A stretch of DNA of 62,905 bases, filler included, from Chiloscyllium plagiosum (GCF_004010195.1; 5 parts of 2 records of this genome joined end to end with filler, not necessarily neighbours in it), one strand, 5' to 3'. Counted from the whole stretch's first letter, positions 24,024 to 38,335 are shown. Program-made: numbers and translations. The notes: a model not told the origin generated them from the letters alone.

Positions 24024-24058
24024 CACGAGCTTTCGGAGCGCTGCTCCTTCGTCAGATG
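24024..24058 (-). ncRNA. Minimal hammerhead-like motif (family C), intact core
   Basis: CAU-CUGACGA-A-GGAGC-agc-GCUCC-GAAA-GCUC-GUG; palindromic AGCU, stem I CAU/GUG; lies in a PLE terminus at ~23937-24060. Confidence 0.65.
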
Positions 24059-24606
24059 AAGAATTCCTTAAATTCTCCTGTAGGGAAATCATTTATCCTC
24101 GTATCATAAACCAGTCAGTTATCAAAACCATTTTATTCATGTAGCTTCAACTGCTTTTCCCACACATGGCTAATTGCTTTCAATTCCTGTATGAGTTTGT
24201 CCTTGTCCCTTCATAGTTTTTTCCAGATAGAGTTATTGCTCCTTTTCGACGTGTAACAATTTATCTTAGTAGATTATTTCATTTCCATGAACATTTCTTG
24301 AAGTTCTGAAGTTAATAATATCACAATAAGGAGTAGGAACAGGTGTAGACCATTCAGCCCCTCGGACCTGCTTTGCCATTCAATAGAATCATAGCTGATC
24401 CAATCTACTTGTCACCTCCGCTCACCTGCCCTTTCCCTGTCATACTTGATTCCCCAATTGATTATGAATCTAACCCAGCCTCACGTATGCATAAGTTAAC
24501 GTAATTTGTCCCTGATTGCTATCATGCAATCAATTACGTCTTGAATAAGATATAGCCTCTTCTCATTAAGATTCACCATTGGTTTTCCTCTACCACTGTT
24601 AACCAA

Positions 24607-25080
24607 GTGATCCCATAAATGAAAGGCTTAACATATGATGAATATTTGAGGACTCTGGGACTATACTCAATGCAGTTTAGAAGGATGAGGGGGACTCTGA
24701 TTGAAACATACAGAATACTGAATGGTCTGGGCAAAGTGGGCTTTGGGAAGATGTTTCCATTGGCAGGAGAGACTAGGACCCAAGGGCACAGCCTTAGAGT
24801 AAAGGAAAGAGCCTTTAGCATGGAGAGAAGGAGAGACTTTTTTAGCCAGGGAGTGGTGAATCTGTGGTATTCATTGCCACAGAAGGCTGTGGATGCCAGG
24901 TTATTGAGTATATTTAAAACCGAGATAGATAAGATCTTGATTGCCAAGGGGATCAACTATCACAGGGAGAAAGCAGGAAAATGGAGATGAAAAACCTATC
25001 AGCCATGACTGAATGGTGATGCAGATTCGATGGGCCAAATGGCCTAATTTCTGCTCCTACGTAGAATGATCTTATGTTCT
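24607..25080 (+). mobile_element. CR1 3' fragment
   Basis: MKGLTYDEYLRTLGLYS..FFSQGVVNLWYSLP. Confidence 0.85.
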
Positions 25081-26384
25081 TAGACCCATTCAAAGAAGAA
25101 GAGGGTTGTGGCAGCATCCTTGCCCAACCAGAAGGTGGTCATGGTTGACAATGCAGCACATTCAACACACACCATATATTCAATAAAATAAAATGTAATG
25201 ATATTTGAAACGAAGTTTTCTCCCATGTTGTTTGAGGGTGTAGAAATGATAAAATATTTCACAGAATGAATGGACAAGACTAGTAAAATGAACTTATAAT
25301 GCTCAGTTAACAGCCTTTTTTCTTTCTCTCACTAATTTCCTCACTCCGCTCTACTTTTGAAGGAATTGCCTGTGTAAGTCCCTTTGTGGTGAAGTAGTTG
25401 TGAAAATTGAATGTTAAGGCTCAGATGTTACCTGTTCACTGGCAGCATCGGAACTACAGTCAACCTAGTGAAAATTGATAAGGTGACCTTGTAGCTGGAT
25501 GCAAATGAAAGGTTGGAAGATTCTGGGAGTAGACTATTTTCTACTCACAAAGACTAGCTTCTTGTGGTCAGGCTGTGCTGAATCACTGGAAGGCTCAATG
25601 CACCAGCTAAAATAAACTAAATTATGATGTCTGTGTGGCCCCAAGATTCACCTGAAATATGCTGTTCTCCATTCTAGTCACCAGCACCTTCCCCAGCACC
25701 ATTATAAAATGCTCATATTCATAAGCCATCCCTGGCAAATTTTGCTTTATAAACTTAGCTTGCTGCATTAGTGTTTCAAACTCAATAGAAGTTAAAATAA
25801 TGAGACATGCAGACTCAAGTATTGATCTGCAATCACCAATTTCACAATTGAAATTGAACAAAACATAGACAGGTGGTTGTGAATGCATGACTTGCTTGAT
25901 GAGTTATTATTCATATTTTGTGTCGAAAAGTGGTTCATTTGAAAAGACTGGTACAGTGACTACTTTATTTTGAAACACATCTCTAAAAAGATATTAGTCG
26001 TTTTTTTTTAAAGAGACTTCTTTGAAGTTTCATGGACTCAACTAAGACTTGTTTACTGGAAGTCACATGGCTGGGTTTATGGCTGTCAGGAATTAAAGTT
26101 CATTTTGGAGTTCAGTTGGTCTACAGCCTGTTGGAAAGGAGAAGCTGCTCAGCTCATCTGTTAGCTCCTGAGGAAATTCCTTTGGCGTCCAGGGTGAAAG
26201 TTGAAAAACCGATGCAGCTGTTCTCCTACAAAGCCACAGAAGTTACAAAGATTCCTGAATCAGCTCTGTCTGCAAAATCCTGTAACAATTGTTTATGTTC
26301 AGTGACACATATCTAAATAGTTAGATTAGAGTGGTGCTGGAAAAGCACAGCAGGTCAGGCAGCATCCGAGGAGCAGGAAAATCA

Positions 26385-26484
26385 NNNNNNNNNNNNNNNN
26401 NNNNNNNNNNNNNNNNNNNNNNNNNNNNTTAATTAATTAANNNNNNNNNNNNNNNNNNNNNNNNNNNNNNNNNNNNNNNNNNNN
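26385..26484. other. Artificial scaffold spacer
   Basis: 44 N + TTAATTAATTAA (26429-26440) + 44 N. Confidence 0.95.
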
Positions 26485-26760
26485 GGAAATACCTGGAATA
26501 GGGACCAACCAGGAACAGGGATAAACCAGGAATGGGGGGAAAGCAGGAATGTGGGAAAACCAGGAACAGAGAGTAAACCGAGAACTTGGCGGGAGGGGGT
26601 AAATCAGGAACACAGGGGAAAACCAGACAAGGCAATCCAGAAACCGGGGACAATCCAGGAACTGAGAGTAAATCAGGAATTGGGGTAAATCAGGAAATGA
26701 GGGTAAACCAGGAACTAGGGATAAACCAGAAACCGAGTGGAACCAGGGCAAACCAATCCT
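26485..26760 (+). repeat. Degenerate purine-rich ~18-bp minisatellite
   Basis: Repeated 'aaaccaggaa(c/t)..ggg(a/g)t' units, decaying further into ~27540. Confidence 0.7.
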
Positions 26761-29731
26761 CTGGACAATAATAATTCAGAAAGTTAATGCATCCTTCAGG
26801 GCAATCCAGGAAAGGGAGCCTTCAAAGAAAACAAATGACATCATCCAGAGAAAGTGAGACGGCAATTCAGAGAAAATCGGGCAACTCAGAATAAGGGGCA
26901 CCCCCTCAGTGATTAAGTCACAGGGACAATCAGTGGAAGAAAAGCTTTATCAAGGAGATGGGGCAGACAAAAACAAATGACAAAAGATGGGTGATTCAGA
27001 TAGCAGAAAGGAAAAATCCAGAGAATGGGAACATTGCAGGAAAAATAATGCAAACCAGGACAAGTGAAAGAGAAGGACATGGGAAAGGGTGTTAAAGAAA
27101 GAATTAAGGGCAATTCAGGAGATGAAATAATACAAAATGTAGTGTAAATTAGAAAGTGGGGCAGTGACCAGAGTAAGGGTGACAGAAGCAGCTTCGGGGT
27201 GTGTGCAGGGCAATGGAAAAGTACTCTTTGGAAAAGGAGCGAATTCAGAGAGTTTGAGAAGAAAGCGCAACAAAGAAAAACAACGTAAGGAATAGAGCAA
27301 ACTGGTAAATGAGAGTTGGCATGGTCACAAAGTAACCCAATCGGCAGGTAACCGGAACAAACATTATTCCTGCAATTGGGAGAGAAAAGCATCCAATAAG
27401 GAGAAAAGAGATAATGCAGAGAGAAAGCTCAGAGGGGACCATTGGCAGGCTGAGATGTTGCACAATCCCAGAGATAGGTGACATTTCAAAATCAATTATC
27501 ATCCAGGATAATTAATACAGAAAGACAATCCAGAGAAAGCATAATGTACATTTTTTCTAAAAAAGGTACATGAAAGACTAAAACAGCAAGCAGTGTATCC
27601 AAGCTAAAAGGCAATGTAACCACTGGCCTACTCACTCATCAGAGATGGACAACTGGCGGTACTTTAACGAGAGGACGACCACACCTCAGACGATGGGAGA
27701 GGTTGTGAAGGAGAATCCCCCATTGTAATCTGGTGTAGAAATTGAACCCATCATGTTACCATTACTTTATATCATAGACCAGCTGTCCTCCTAACTGAGC
27801 TAAACCAGCAAGCGTGAAAGGGGATTTATAAACAGGTTCTGAGAAGGGAATAATCTAAAACATGAAGCTAAGGTAATGTTTCAAAAGGAACAGGGGCATG
27901 AGTAATTCAGTGAAGCAATATAGCGCAATCAGACAGAAGGTTAAGAGACAACAGTAGAGAAACAAGCTGTAGAGTGGCAATGCAGAAAATCAGAGTTTCA
28001 CATTTTGAATTGGTACCTTATACTTCAAGAACAGCATTTCCAATCTTTCAGTAGACTCCACTTCCCGTACAATCAGTATATCTTTTCCATCTGATATCTG
28101 ATCAGCACTTTCAGAGTAGCCTGCAGCTGTTCCACCAAAATGTCCTCAAAAACAACATGAAATTCTAAATAAAAACCGAAAGAACTGCAGATGCCATAAA
28201 TCAGAAATAAAATCAGAAGTTGCTAGAGAAGTTCAGCAGGTCTGGCAGCATCTGTGGAGACAAATCAGAGATAATGTTTCGGGTCCAGTGAAACATTAAC
28301 TTTGATTTCTCTCCACCGATGCTGCTAAACCTGCTGAGCTTTTCCAGCAACTTCTGTTTTTGGTATGTGAATTTCTAATACTTTCTGTTTCCCTTAGATT
28401 ACCTGCGCTATTTGTCTTTTTATCTCGATAATGCCATACTTTGCAAAAGAGTATCTGTATTTTTATAAATGTGATTGATATGTTGTCCAACAATATCCAT
28501 TTGTAAAGATGATTGTCTAATTACGTTGACAAATCTGAGTATTTTTATTTTTTATATAAGAGGGGGGGCTTGGAAATCAGATGAGTGATGTGTTTGTAGG
28601 ACAATGTTAATTGACTTGAACAAGTACTGTACAGCCACTTCTAACTTGGAGAGACATCGGATGTGATTCAAGTGTGCGTAATGGAGGGAGACTCTGAGTC
28701 ATTTGGTGAGCATCTACATTGGTTAATAAAGTGAGGTGACTTATTATTGTTGGCATGTAAGACTGTTATATTGTGGAATATAGCAAATATTCCAAAATAC
28801 AGTAAAATGTCAGATTATCCAAGTGCTAATATTTATTTGAAACACTGTGGTAAAAAATATCAGTTTGAAATACGTGGAAAGCATATGTTACTAACTCGAA
28901 GAACTTTATAGTTTTATAATCTGATTTTTGTTGACTTAAAAATAGGTGAAGTGGGAGTGGGTTCTAATGTTCAAACACACTCAAGGGACCAAGCATCAGC
29001 AATGGGGAATAACTAAAAGGAATCTCTTGTTGCAGACACCTCTACAACCCCTCTCCCATGACTCCCATTGTATAAAATCTCTCCAGCCTTCACTCACCTG
29101 TCAACTGGGTTGTCCTGCGATCCTGTGGGTGCAGTTCCAGCAGCTGTCATTGTCACTGGTGGCGCTGCTGAGCCAATGAGATGTCAGCCTCTGATTGGCC
29201 AACAGCTCTCAGCATATGGGATTTCCCAACCTCAGCATCCAGCAACAACCTCTCCACCTCCCGACTGGCCTATCATTCCTTTCCAGAACAGGCAGCTTGG
29301 ATATATTGCTGGCTCTCCAACTGGAATCACCTCGATAACACTCTGCCCATTGTGAAATACAATGTGAAAGATTCACACCCTGAAAGCAGAGCTAAGTAAA
29401 ACCCATAGGCCGATGAGCTCACTGTATTTAGTATATATCTTTGCAAACATTTCAGTTACCTAGCTGTGATCAAATATTCACAGAATCACAGTTCAAAAGG
29501 ATATCTCTCAATCTATCATGCCTACACTGACTCATTGAATGAGCATAATTATCTAGTACCTATTTCCTGCTTTTCCTCCATACTCCTGCACATAATGTTT
29601 TTTAATCCAAATAACTGTCCAACATCCTCTTGAATGCCTCAAATCTTTCTCCACCACACCTCCACTCAATGCATTCAACATCCCAACTAACCATTGTGTG
29701 ACTTATTTTTGTTTGGATATCATCCTTGTTT

Positions 29732-30037
29732 CAGATTAGATTCCCTACAGTTTGGAAACAGGCCATTTGACCCAACAAGTCCACGCTGACCCTCCGAACA
29801 GTAACCCACCCAAACCCATTTCCCAGCATTTTACCCCTGACTAATGCACCTAACACTGTGGGCAATTCACCTGACCTGCACATCTTTTGATTGTGGGAGG
29901 AAACCAGAGCACCCGGAGGAAACCTACACAGACACGGGGAGAATGTGCAAACTCCACACAGACAGTCACCCGAGGCTGGAATTGAACCTAGGTCCCTGGT
30001 GCTGTAAGGCAGCAGTGCTAACCACTGTGCCACCGTA
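29732..30037 (-). mobile_element. HE1-like V-SINE
   Basis: Reverse complement of the full SINE seen at 37527-37843. Confidence 0.85.
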
Positions 30038-30099
30038 CCACTTCTTTTGCACTTTAAATGTGCATTCATGTTGCTTTTGCAAATGGGAACAGTTTCTCC

Positions 30100-30660
30100 C
30101 TGTCTAATCATTCCAGCCCATTTATGATTTTCAAAAACCACCATCAGATTTCCTCTTAACCATCTTCTCTCCAAGGACTGCAGTCGCACCTACTTTAATT
30201 TATTCCCACAACTGAAGTTGCTCTCCCCGGAACAGTTTTTGTAAATCGCTTCCGCATTCTCTCCCATGAGTTCACTTCCTTCCTATGTTGTGGTGCCCAG
30301 AGATGTAGATATTACACTAGCTGAGGTCTAACAAGTGTCCTATACAAGTTCAACATCACCTCCTTGCTCTTGTACTCTTTGCCCACATTAATAAAGCTGA
30401 TGATACTGTATTCTTTACTTACTGCTCTTACTAACTGTCCTGCTACCTTCACTTGTCTGGGTTTGTAAACAGACAGGTCCCTTTGCTCTCCAGCCCCTAT
30501 TTTAACATTGCCTTTCAGTGCTCTTCCTCCCAAGGTCCATCACTACACACATTGCTCCATTGAACCTTGTCTGCCCACTCCACCAACTTGTTAATGATCA
30601 ATCTGGAGTTCCATACAGTCCTCCTTACAGCTTACAACTCTTCCAATGTTTGCTTCATCA
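30100..30660 (-). mobile_element. CR1 fragment
   Basis: EYKSKEVMLNLYRTLVRPQL. Confidence 0.75.
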
Positions 30661-30889
30661 GGTTTAATAAAATCGCCCAATTATTATTCTATTTACACAA
30701 AGATAGAGCTTGGTCATCCAATTCTAATGTAAATGAATAAAACAATCCTGTAAGATTGTAGCTATGTTACTTGAGCAATAATCCAGAGTTATTGGGTCAG
30801 ATTTTCCAAGTCAGGACCTGTTAGCCATCGTTCCTCTTCCTTGTCAATTCCTTTGACTACCATTAGTACAGATTGTTGCATGGATTATT

Positions 30890-31500
30890 TAATCAACAAT
30901 ATCTGTACTCTACCAATTTCCTGCACTTCCTCTCTAATCTCTTCCTTGCACCATGCCCCCAAGAACCACAGTAGAGATTTCCTTGGTCTTTACCTTCAGC
31001 ACCACATGTCTTCTCATCGAACACACCACCCTCCACCATCCCTGTCTACTATAGCATGATGCCACCCCACCCTCAGCATTTCAAAAAGACCATTCCCTCC
31101 ATAATAGCCTAATCAACTCAATCACTCCGAACACTCATCTCCCTCCCAGACCATCCTCCGGTGAGAATGTAGGAGGTATAGCAAGTGCCTCTTGAGTACT
31201 TGTCTCTCCTGACTGCCCAAGTACTCCTTACAAGTGAAGCAATAATTCATGTTGGATTGGTTTCAACCTAGTCTACCATTACAATGCCCCTAGTGTGGTT
31301 TCCTCTACACTGGCAAGACCAAATGCAGATTGTCTGAGTGCTTTGAGGAACACCTCTGCAAATTTGACCCCAAAGCTTCCATCTTGCTTCCAAGTCGACA
31401 TGCCATCCTTCATCTCAACTGCAAATGAGGAACAGCATTTCATTTTCCAATGACGAGCTTTATTATCTTCTGGTCCCAACATGCAGTACAACAATTTCCA
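30890..31500 (+). mobile_element. Highly decayed PLE thumb/GIY-YIG region
   Basis: 'ctctacactggcaagaccaaatgcagattg..gaacacctc' and 'gaggaacagcatttcattttc' parallel the PLE at 700-1400. Confidence 0.55.
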
Positions 31501-31979
31501 ACTCTGTCACCTCATCTAGGGTTTTGTGATTTACTTTTGTATGCAGCTATTTATTATTCTGCCATTCATACCAATTCTGTACAAATCCTTATTTGTTTGT
31601 TACAACAATTACCACTCCATTTACATTTTTCACCATGAAATATTTGATCGCTAATTTCTCTAGCCATTCACCCTGTCACATTTCCTTCTTCCTGTTCTTC
31701 CTCTCTGACCATTCCAGGATCCTGGCCAGAACTTTGAGACTCAATAAGGGGCTTCGACATGACCAAAAGCCCAGTCAAAGAGGTAGCTTGAAGGAGAATC
31801 TTGAAGAGAGCAGAGCTAGAGAGATGGAGGGAATTAAACAGGGAATTCCAAGACATAGAATTTAAGCAGCTAACAAGCACAATGGCCACTAACTACTGAT
31901 TCAGTATCACTAGTACAGTAATTGATATTGAAAACAGTTGTGAAAGACTTTAATAAATGGCCCTTTATTAAAACTTAGT

Positions 31980-33060
31980 TTGGTGGATATAGGCCAGCAT
32001 TTATTGCCCATCCCTAACTGCCTTTTGAGAAGGTGGTGGTGAGCTGCGTTCCTGAACCACTGCAGTCCACTTGCTGTGCATTGACCCATAATGTCTTGAG
32101 GGAAGGAATTCCAGGACTTTGACCCAGAGACATTAAAGGAACAGTGATATATTTTCAAGTCAAGATGGTGAGTGGCTCAGAGGGTAACTTGCAGCAGGTG
32201 ATGTTCACAAGTATCTGCTGCCCTTGTCCTTCTAGGTGGAAGTGGTCATGGTTTGGAAAGTGCTATCTCAGGATCTTTGGTGAATTTCTGCAGTACTCCT
32301 TGTAGATAGTACACACTGCTGCTACTGAGCGTCAGTAATAGAAAGAGTGAATATTTGTGGATGTGGTGCCAATCAAGCATATGGAGTCATGCTTTTTGAG
32401 AATTGTTGGAACTGCACTTATCCAGGCAAGTGGGAAGTATTCCATCAACATCCTGGCTTGTGCCTTGTAGATGGTGGGCAGGCTTTGGGGAGTCAGGGGG
32501 TGAGTTACCCACTGCAGTATTCCCAGCCTCTGACCTGCTCTTGTAGCCACTGTGTTTATGTGGGAGTGTCCAGTTGAGTTTCTGGTCAATTGTAAGCCCC
32601 AGGATGCTGAAAGTGGGGAGGAAAGATTCAGCAATAGTAATGCCATTGAATGTCAAGGGACAGTGTTAGATTGTCTCCAATTGGAGAAGTTCATCGTCTG
32701 CCATTTGGGTGATGCAAAAGCTACTTGTCACTTTTCAGTCCAAGCCTGGATGTTGTCCAGGTCTTGCTGCATTGACTGCTCTGAGGAATCACAAATGGTG
32801 CTGGGCATTGTGAAATCAGCAGTGGACATCCCCACTTTTGACCTTATGATGGAGGGAAGGTCTTTGATGAAGCAGCTGAAGCCGGTTAGGCCTAGGCCAC
32901 TACCCTGAGGAACTGCTGCAGAGATGCCTTGGAACTGAGATGACTGATCTCCAACAACCATGAGCATCTTCCTCTGTGCCAGGTATGACCCAACTAGCAG
33001 AGGGTTTGGCCCCTGACTCCTATTGACTCCAGTTTGCCTGACCTCCTTGATGCCATACTC
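31980..33060 (-). mobile_element. L2/CR1-group LINE 3' portion
   Basis: VPQGSGLG..F, 'MQQDLDNIQAW', 'RAGQRLGIL..LTPQSLPTIYKAQ'. Confidence 0.8.
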
Positions 33061-33794
33061 AGTCTTTCTAACTGAGCTCTGTTCTCTTGCACCATGACAG
33101 GAAATCCAAATTGCTGAGCTTAAGTGGAACCACACACACACACAAGTGCCCTTGTTAGTGATGTACATGTGTAGTTATGTAATAACAATTTGTTATATTC
33201 TTCAGTTCTATGTGACCCACATCTCATCATTATGTTATGGGAGCTAATATAACAGTAACAGATCATCTGTATACACTGTCACGTCGTGTCATGGCATTAT
33301 ACCACATCAATAGGAAATGCAGCAATACTCACGTTTTGTATTACCAAGCAATGACTATTATCATGGGAAATACAGGGTTACAAAGATAGGATGGGGGAAT
33401 GAGTCTGGGTGGGCTGCTCTTCGGGAGTTGGTATGGACTTGTTGGGCCGAATGGTCTGTTTCTACACTGTAGGGATTCTATGAGTCGATGATTTGAAACA
33501 CTCGAAAGAACAGAATTAGGTGAACACAGGAGCCTGGGATGGCCGAGATTACATATTCAGGTCATCACTCAGTGATGGAAATGGACAACCTTCATGAGAA
33601 CATGAATGCTGGTGTGAGCTTAAAAACCCAAAGCATTTATCAATCATTGGAATACACGTCTTTAATGTTAGTATCCAACATTTGGCCTATATTAGGACCT
33701 GCTGTTTGAGGAGCGGTAAAGTGGGAGCAGGAAAGGGCACTCGAGAGATGAAATCTGGAAGGGCTGGGGATGCAGAAACGCTGCCAATGTCAAT

Positions 33795-33985
33795 GCTAGT
33801 GGCTGGTTTGTGACACAGATTGATGTCAGCAGCGTGGGTTCAATTCCCACCCAGGCTGACGTTAACATGAAGGGCTCTCTTTCTCAATCTCTCCCCTTGC
33901 CTGGGTGACCCTTGCATTAGACCATCACCAATCAGCTCTCTCTCTAATGACATGGCCCACTAGGACTTTGGTGAGTTCATCTTTA
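33795..33985 (+). mobile_element. Second tRNA-derived SINE family
   Basis: B box 'gggttcaattccc' then 'gaagggctct..ttctcaa.ctctcccc'; related copies at ~27620-27810 (-) and ~43030-43250 (-). Confidence 0.55.
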
Positions 33986-34519
33986 AAAGGTACGTGGATT
34001 AAACACTTGAAATGTCACAACATCCAAGGCTATGGGCCGAGTGCGTGAAAGTGAGGTGAGTGTATTTTAGAAGGTACAAACTCAATGGGTCGAAGGCCCT
34101 CTGCTGCACTGTGTGAGTCTGTGCCTCATTGCTACTTTTGATTCCATTTCCTTGCAATAACCAACAGGATTGCTGAATGGAAGACCCTGGGTCGGAGGCT
34201 GCAGCCCAGGCTCACAGGAGATGGTACCTGACAATCGGAAAATATCACTGTTTGGACAAGAGGAGGGAGTCAGGGCCTGGAAACCCAGTGGCAGGAAACG
34301 TTCAAGCCAAGTGCTGGGAGAGGGGAGTTGAGGCTGGGCATTGAAGGGGCTCAGCCAATTACAGTAACAAAGAGAGACTGTGTACAGTATGTGGTCTGTC
34401 AGAGGCACATACCTGCTCCTTCTGACCTGCAAACGCTGCCCAGAAACAAACACAGACAGCTGCTTACTCACCCAGTCCCCTTCACCACCAGCCCCTTTCC
34501 ACATCTTGGAAAATGCAAT

Positions 34520-34800
34520 CACAGAATCCCTACAGCAAGGGACCAACCCTTCAAAGACCATCCCACTCACACCCTATTCGCACGTGTCCCATGGCTAATT
34601 TGCACATTGTGGGCAATTTAGCACAGCCAATTCACCTAACCTGCATGTCTTTGGACTGTGGGAGGAAACTGGAGCACCCAGAGGAAACCCACACAGACAC
34701 AGGAAGAATATGCAAACTCCACACAGACAGTCATTTAAGGGTGGAATCAAACCTGGGTCCATGGCGCTATGAGGCAGCAGTGCTAACCACTGAGCCACCA
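34520..34800 (-). mobile_element. HE1-like V-SINE
   Basis: Reverse-complement tRNA head and V-domain. Confidence 0.8.
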
Positions 34801-35715
34801 TCGTTTTAAGCTTAAATCAGCTTCCCAGTTGCACTGAGACATAGGCACGTCATTTACTGCCATCACAACAGACACAGCATAGGCGGTGAGTTTGAGTCGC
34901 ATTTTGGGATTTGTTTCTTTTTAAGCTTCCACAATGAGAGTGGGGGGAGGATTCATTAGTATACATGGAGGTGGAAGTAACTGAACAGAACCACAGAAAT
35001 GTAACGAAGAGAGCCTGTCTAGAATCCCTTTGAGCTAATAGTCTGCACAAACGCTAAATTGCAAAGATAACCTTTGAGAACATGTTGCTCTTTGGTTTTG
35101 GAAACCTCTAACATATACTGGTCTTGTAGTACTGTTCAACACCAAATGAACTTGTAGCCACCTTGTGGACTTCGATTGCAATTACAACCGAAAATACACA
35201 ACGTTGTCTACATTAAACATAGTTTGCATCAGAAACAAAAATGTGATTTTACTTTCAAAAAAAATCTATGAAAAACAAACAGGTAAAAGGTAAGACTGAC
35301 AAACTGAAGTTGAAATTGGATTTATTATTGACTGGTCAAACTATTTTTCAGCCTTTCAGATTATCTCTGTAATTTAGCTCTTGACGTGTTGCGTACACCA
35401 AACAGTGTTGGAACACCTCTTTAGCAGGTCCTCATAATAAGCTAGGTTGCCTCAAATAAGTCCTAGGCCAGCTCAGTTCAGATTCAGGACATCAATATGG
35501 CCAGTGGCTGCCACAGAAAACCAAATAAATTTGTTTCACATTTCTCTGGAGATAGGATAAACTGGCAGCTCATTCCAGCTTTGCAATCATTTCCCATCAA
35601 TCATTGTCATGATCAGCATCACCGTCCCACTCACCATCACCCCCATCCTGCCCCATCCCAATGTTTATCACTAGTCAGGCAGGGAACCCAAAGTTGAATG
35701 TTATTGGTCAAGTGT

Positions 35716-36085
35716 CGTCATCATCATCATCATCGTTGGCATTCCCTCATCATCGAGCATGACTCTCTTCCAGGGTGAGTCTGTAGGTGGCTGTACAGAC
35801 CGATACACTGGGAGCTGAAGGTGGTCACAGGCAGATGGAGCATTGATGTGGCTCCCTTCGCTGTTTCCACCTGGCTTCTGCTTTTTCCTGACGGCAAGTC
35901 TCAAGATGATCACGCCTTCCTGGATGCTCCTCCTCCACTTTGGATCATCTTGGGTCAATGATTCCCAGGTGTCTGTGGGAATGCCACACGTTGCTAGTGA
36001 GGCCTGGAGGATATCAATGAAGTGCTTCCTCCATCCACCTGGAGCTAGCCGGCCATTTCAAAACTGGGAGTAGAGCACTTGTGCC
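35716..36085 (-). mobile_element. RTE-clade LINE 3' end
   Basis: 'ASL..GIPTDTWESLTQDDPKWRRSIQEG' and a (GAT)n tail at ~35717-35733. Confidence 0.65.
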
Positions 36086-37526
36086 TGTCTGTCAGGCAAG
36101 CAGCACAATAGGAACCCTACGTATATATATGAGCTCAGGGCACCAATAGTTCTCAATCCTCAGACCATCATCTTCAGACACAAAGATGAATCTCTTTACC
36201 CATTTACCACATTAAGAAATGGCCTAAGGGATTTTTAAAAAATCATTAAACCTTCATCCACTTACATCCCACAGAGTTAGTTTAATGTCACAGTATACTA
36301 GTCAGAGATAATCCAGTGCATGACTTTAGTTAAAGTTAGTATCTTTGTAGTAACATTGACATAATAAATTGCTACAAGATTCTTCACAGAGGTAGTTCAC
36401 GACAAAATATAACATTGAATCATTCAAGTGTTGGGGTAAAATCCAACCCGGAATCTTGGGTAAATTAACTTTCTCTACAGTCAGAAATGTATAAACCCTT
36501 TCAGCTCCTCTCAGTTTCATCATAATATCAATCTGGGCTGAAACATATTATGTAGAAATATCGCAAACTGCTTGATTCTTGCTCAGTTTTCTTCCTCACA
36601 TCTGCCTCTTTGCTTCTCCTTCCTCCACATTTGAAACATTATGTTCACCCCCGACTTCTCCCGGACTGCTGTTAAGACCAGGACAATTATTACCTTAAGA
36701 TTAGATCACTCTAGTGTTTTCCAAACCAACCTCCGCCATAAATTGTGAGGGTTCAGAAAGTCATTAGTCATAATCTTATTGTAATGATTCCTCCTCTAAC
36801 AATTTCTCCATGCCTCTTCAAATCAATTTCAAAATACAAGTACTCACCCATCCTACCCAGTTTGGCTACTTTATCCCACCCTATGTCTTTGTTCTTACCC
36901 CTTGCTCTTCTGAACGGAAGTTTTCTCTTTGCAACCTATTCTTTTTGTAACCCCATTGTCTGACAACTATCCCCATTCAAATTGCCTGTGCCTCATTTAC
37001 TTTACCCCGGTTCCAAATTATTCTGAAAGCTTTTGACTCACTCCGCTGATCACATTTCCTAATATCCTCTACCTGTTAGCTCAGCCTTTTTATTCTCTAA
37101 ACTCTTTATAACACATTCTGAAACATTATTTTATGTAAAGAATGCTCGACAGAATCAACCTCATTGTGTAAATCCACCTCCATTATCGTTTTATCAAACT
37201 CATTTTTTCCAAAAGAAATCATCTGAAACTCTTCAAAAGATGATAATCCTAAATTGAGTTTGATGACTTTCATAAATGATTTAGATTTAAGTCTTGGGAG
37301 AATATTTTCATTTTCACAGATGAATTCAAATGTTACTGTGAACACCGAAGGGTCAATAAATTCCTGTAAGCTAATGTTGTTGCATGGAAAACATGGGTCA
37401 AACTGTGAAAGATGATATTTGACAGGACCAACCTCAAGTATGCAGGGATAAGCAACAAATATTGGTCTTGCCAGAGATTCATAGATAGCATGAAAAATTT
37501 AAAAAATGGAACAGAGCTGAAAAATG

Positions 37527-37843
37527 GGCGGCACGGTGGCACAGTGGTTAGCACTGCTGCCTCGCAGCGCCAGAGACCCAGGTTCAATTCCCGCTTCAGG
37601 CGATTCTCTGTGTGGAGTTTGCACATTCTCCCAGTGTCTGCGTGGGTTTGCTTCGGGTGCTCCGGTTTCCTCCCATAATCCAAAGATATGCAGGTCAGGT
37701 GAATTGGCCATGCTAAATTGCCTGTAGTGTTAGGTGAAAGGGTAAATGTAGGGGAATGGGTCTGGGTGGGTTGCGCTTCAGCGGATCGGTGTGGACTTGT
37801 TGGGCCGAAGGGCCTGTTTCCACACTGTAAGTAATCTAATCTA
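37527..37843 (+). mobile_element. Full-length HE1-like V-SINE
   Basis: ggcacggtggcacagtggttagcactgctgcctc, B box ggttcaattccc, V-domain, CR1-like tail ending aatctaatctaa. Confidence 0.9.
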
Positions 37844-38016
37844 AAGGTTTCAAAGACACTTGAATAATGATGAGAATCTGTAACCAAAGCAAATAAGTTT
37901 TACCAATAAGGCTATGAAGCAAAACAGATCATTTTGTTTAGACCATATTTATAATGTTGTATCAATTTCTGTGACAATGTAAAAATTTGAGAAATATTCA
38001 ATGGAGGATGATAGAG

Positions 38017-38335
38017 GGCGACACGGTGGCTCAGTGGTTAGCACTGCTGCCTCACAGTGCCAGGGACCCGGGTTCAATTTCAGCCTCAGACAACTGTCTG
38101 TGTGGAATTTGCACATCTTTCTTGTGTCTATATGATTTCCTCCGGGTGCTCATGTTTCCTCCCATAATCCAAAGATGTGTAGGTTAGGTAGTTTGGCCAT
38201 GCGAGATTGCCCATTGTGTCCAGGGCTGTGTAGGCTAGATGGATTAGCCATGGGAAATGCAGGGATAAGGTAGGGGGCTGGATCTGGGAGGAATGCTCTT
38301 GAAGGGTCAGTGTGGACTCGAGGGAATTCTATGAC
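38017..38335 (+). mobile_element. HE1-like V-SINE
   Basis: Same head and V-domain as 37527. Confidence 0.85.

Noticed and set aside
26429..26440. TTAATTAATTAA as a biological motif (piggyBac target or homeodomain site)
   Set aside because: Centred identically in 100-bp N spacers four times; it is an assembly linker.
36540..37330. Possible decayed gag zinc knuckle (CFKCG on minus strand near 36625-36640)
   Set aside because: The CCHC motif is incomplete and there is no supporting frame; cannot be supported by eye.
37527..37600. tRNA genes at A/B-box motifs (also 4781, 38017 etc.)
   Set aside because: They are SINE heads continuing into the V-domain and CR1-like tail; no complete cloverleaf.
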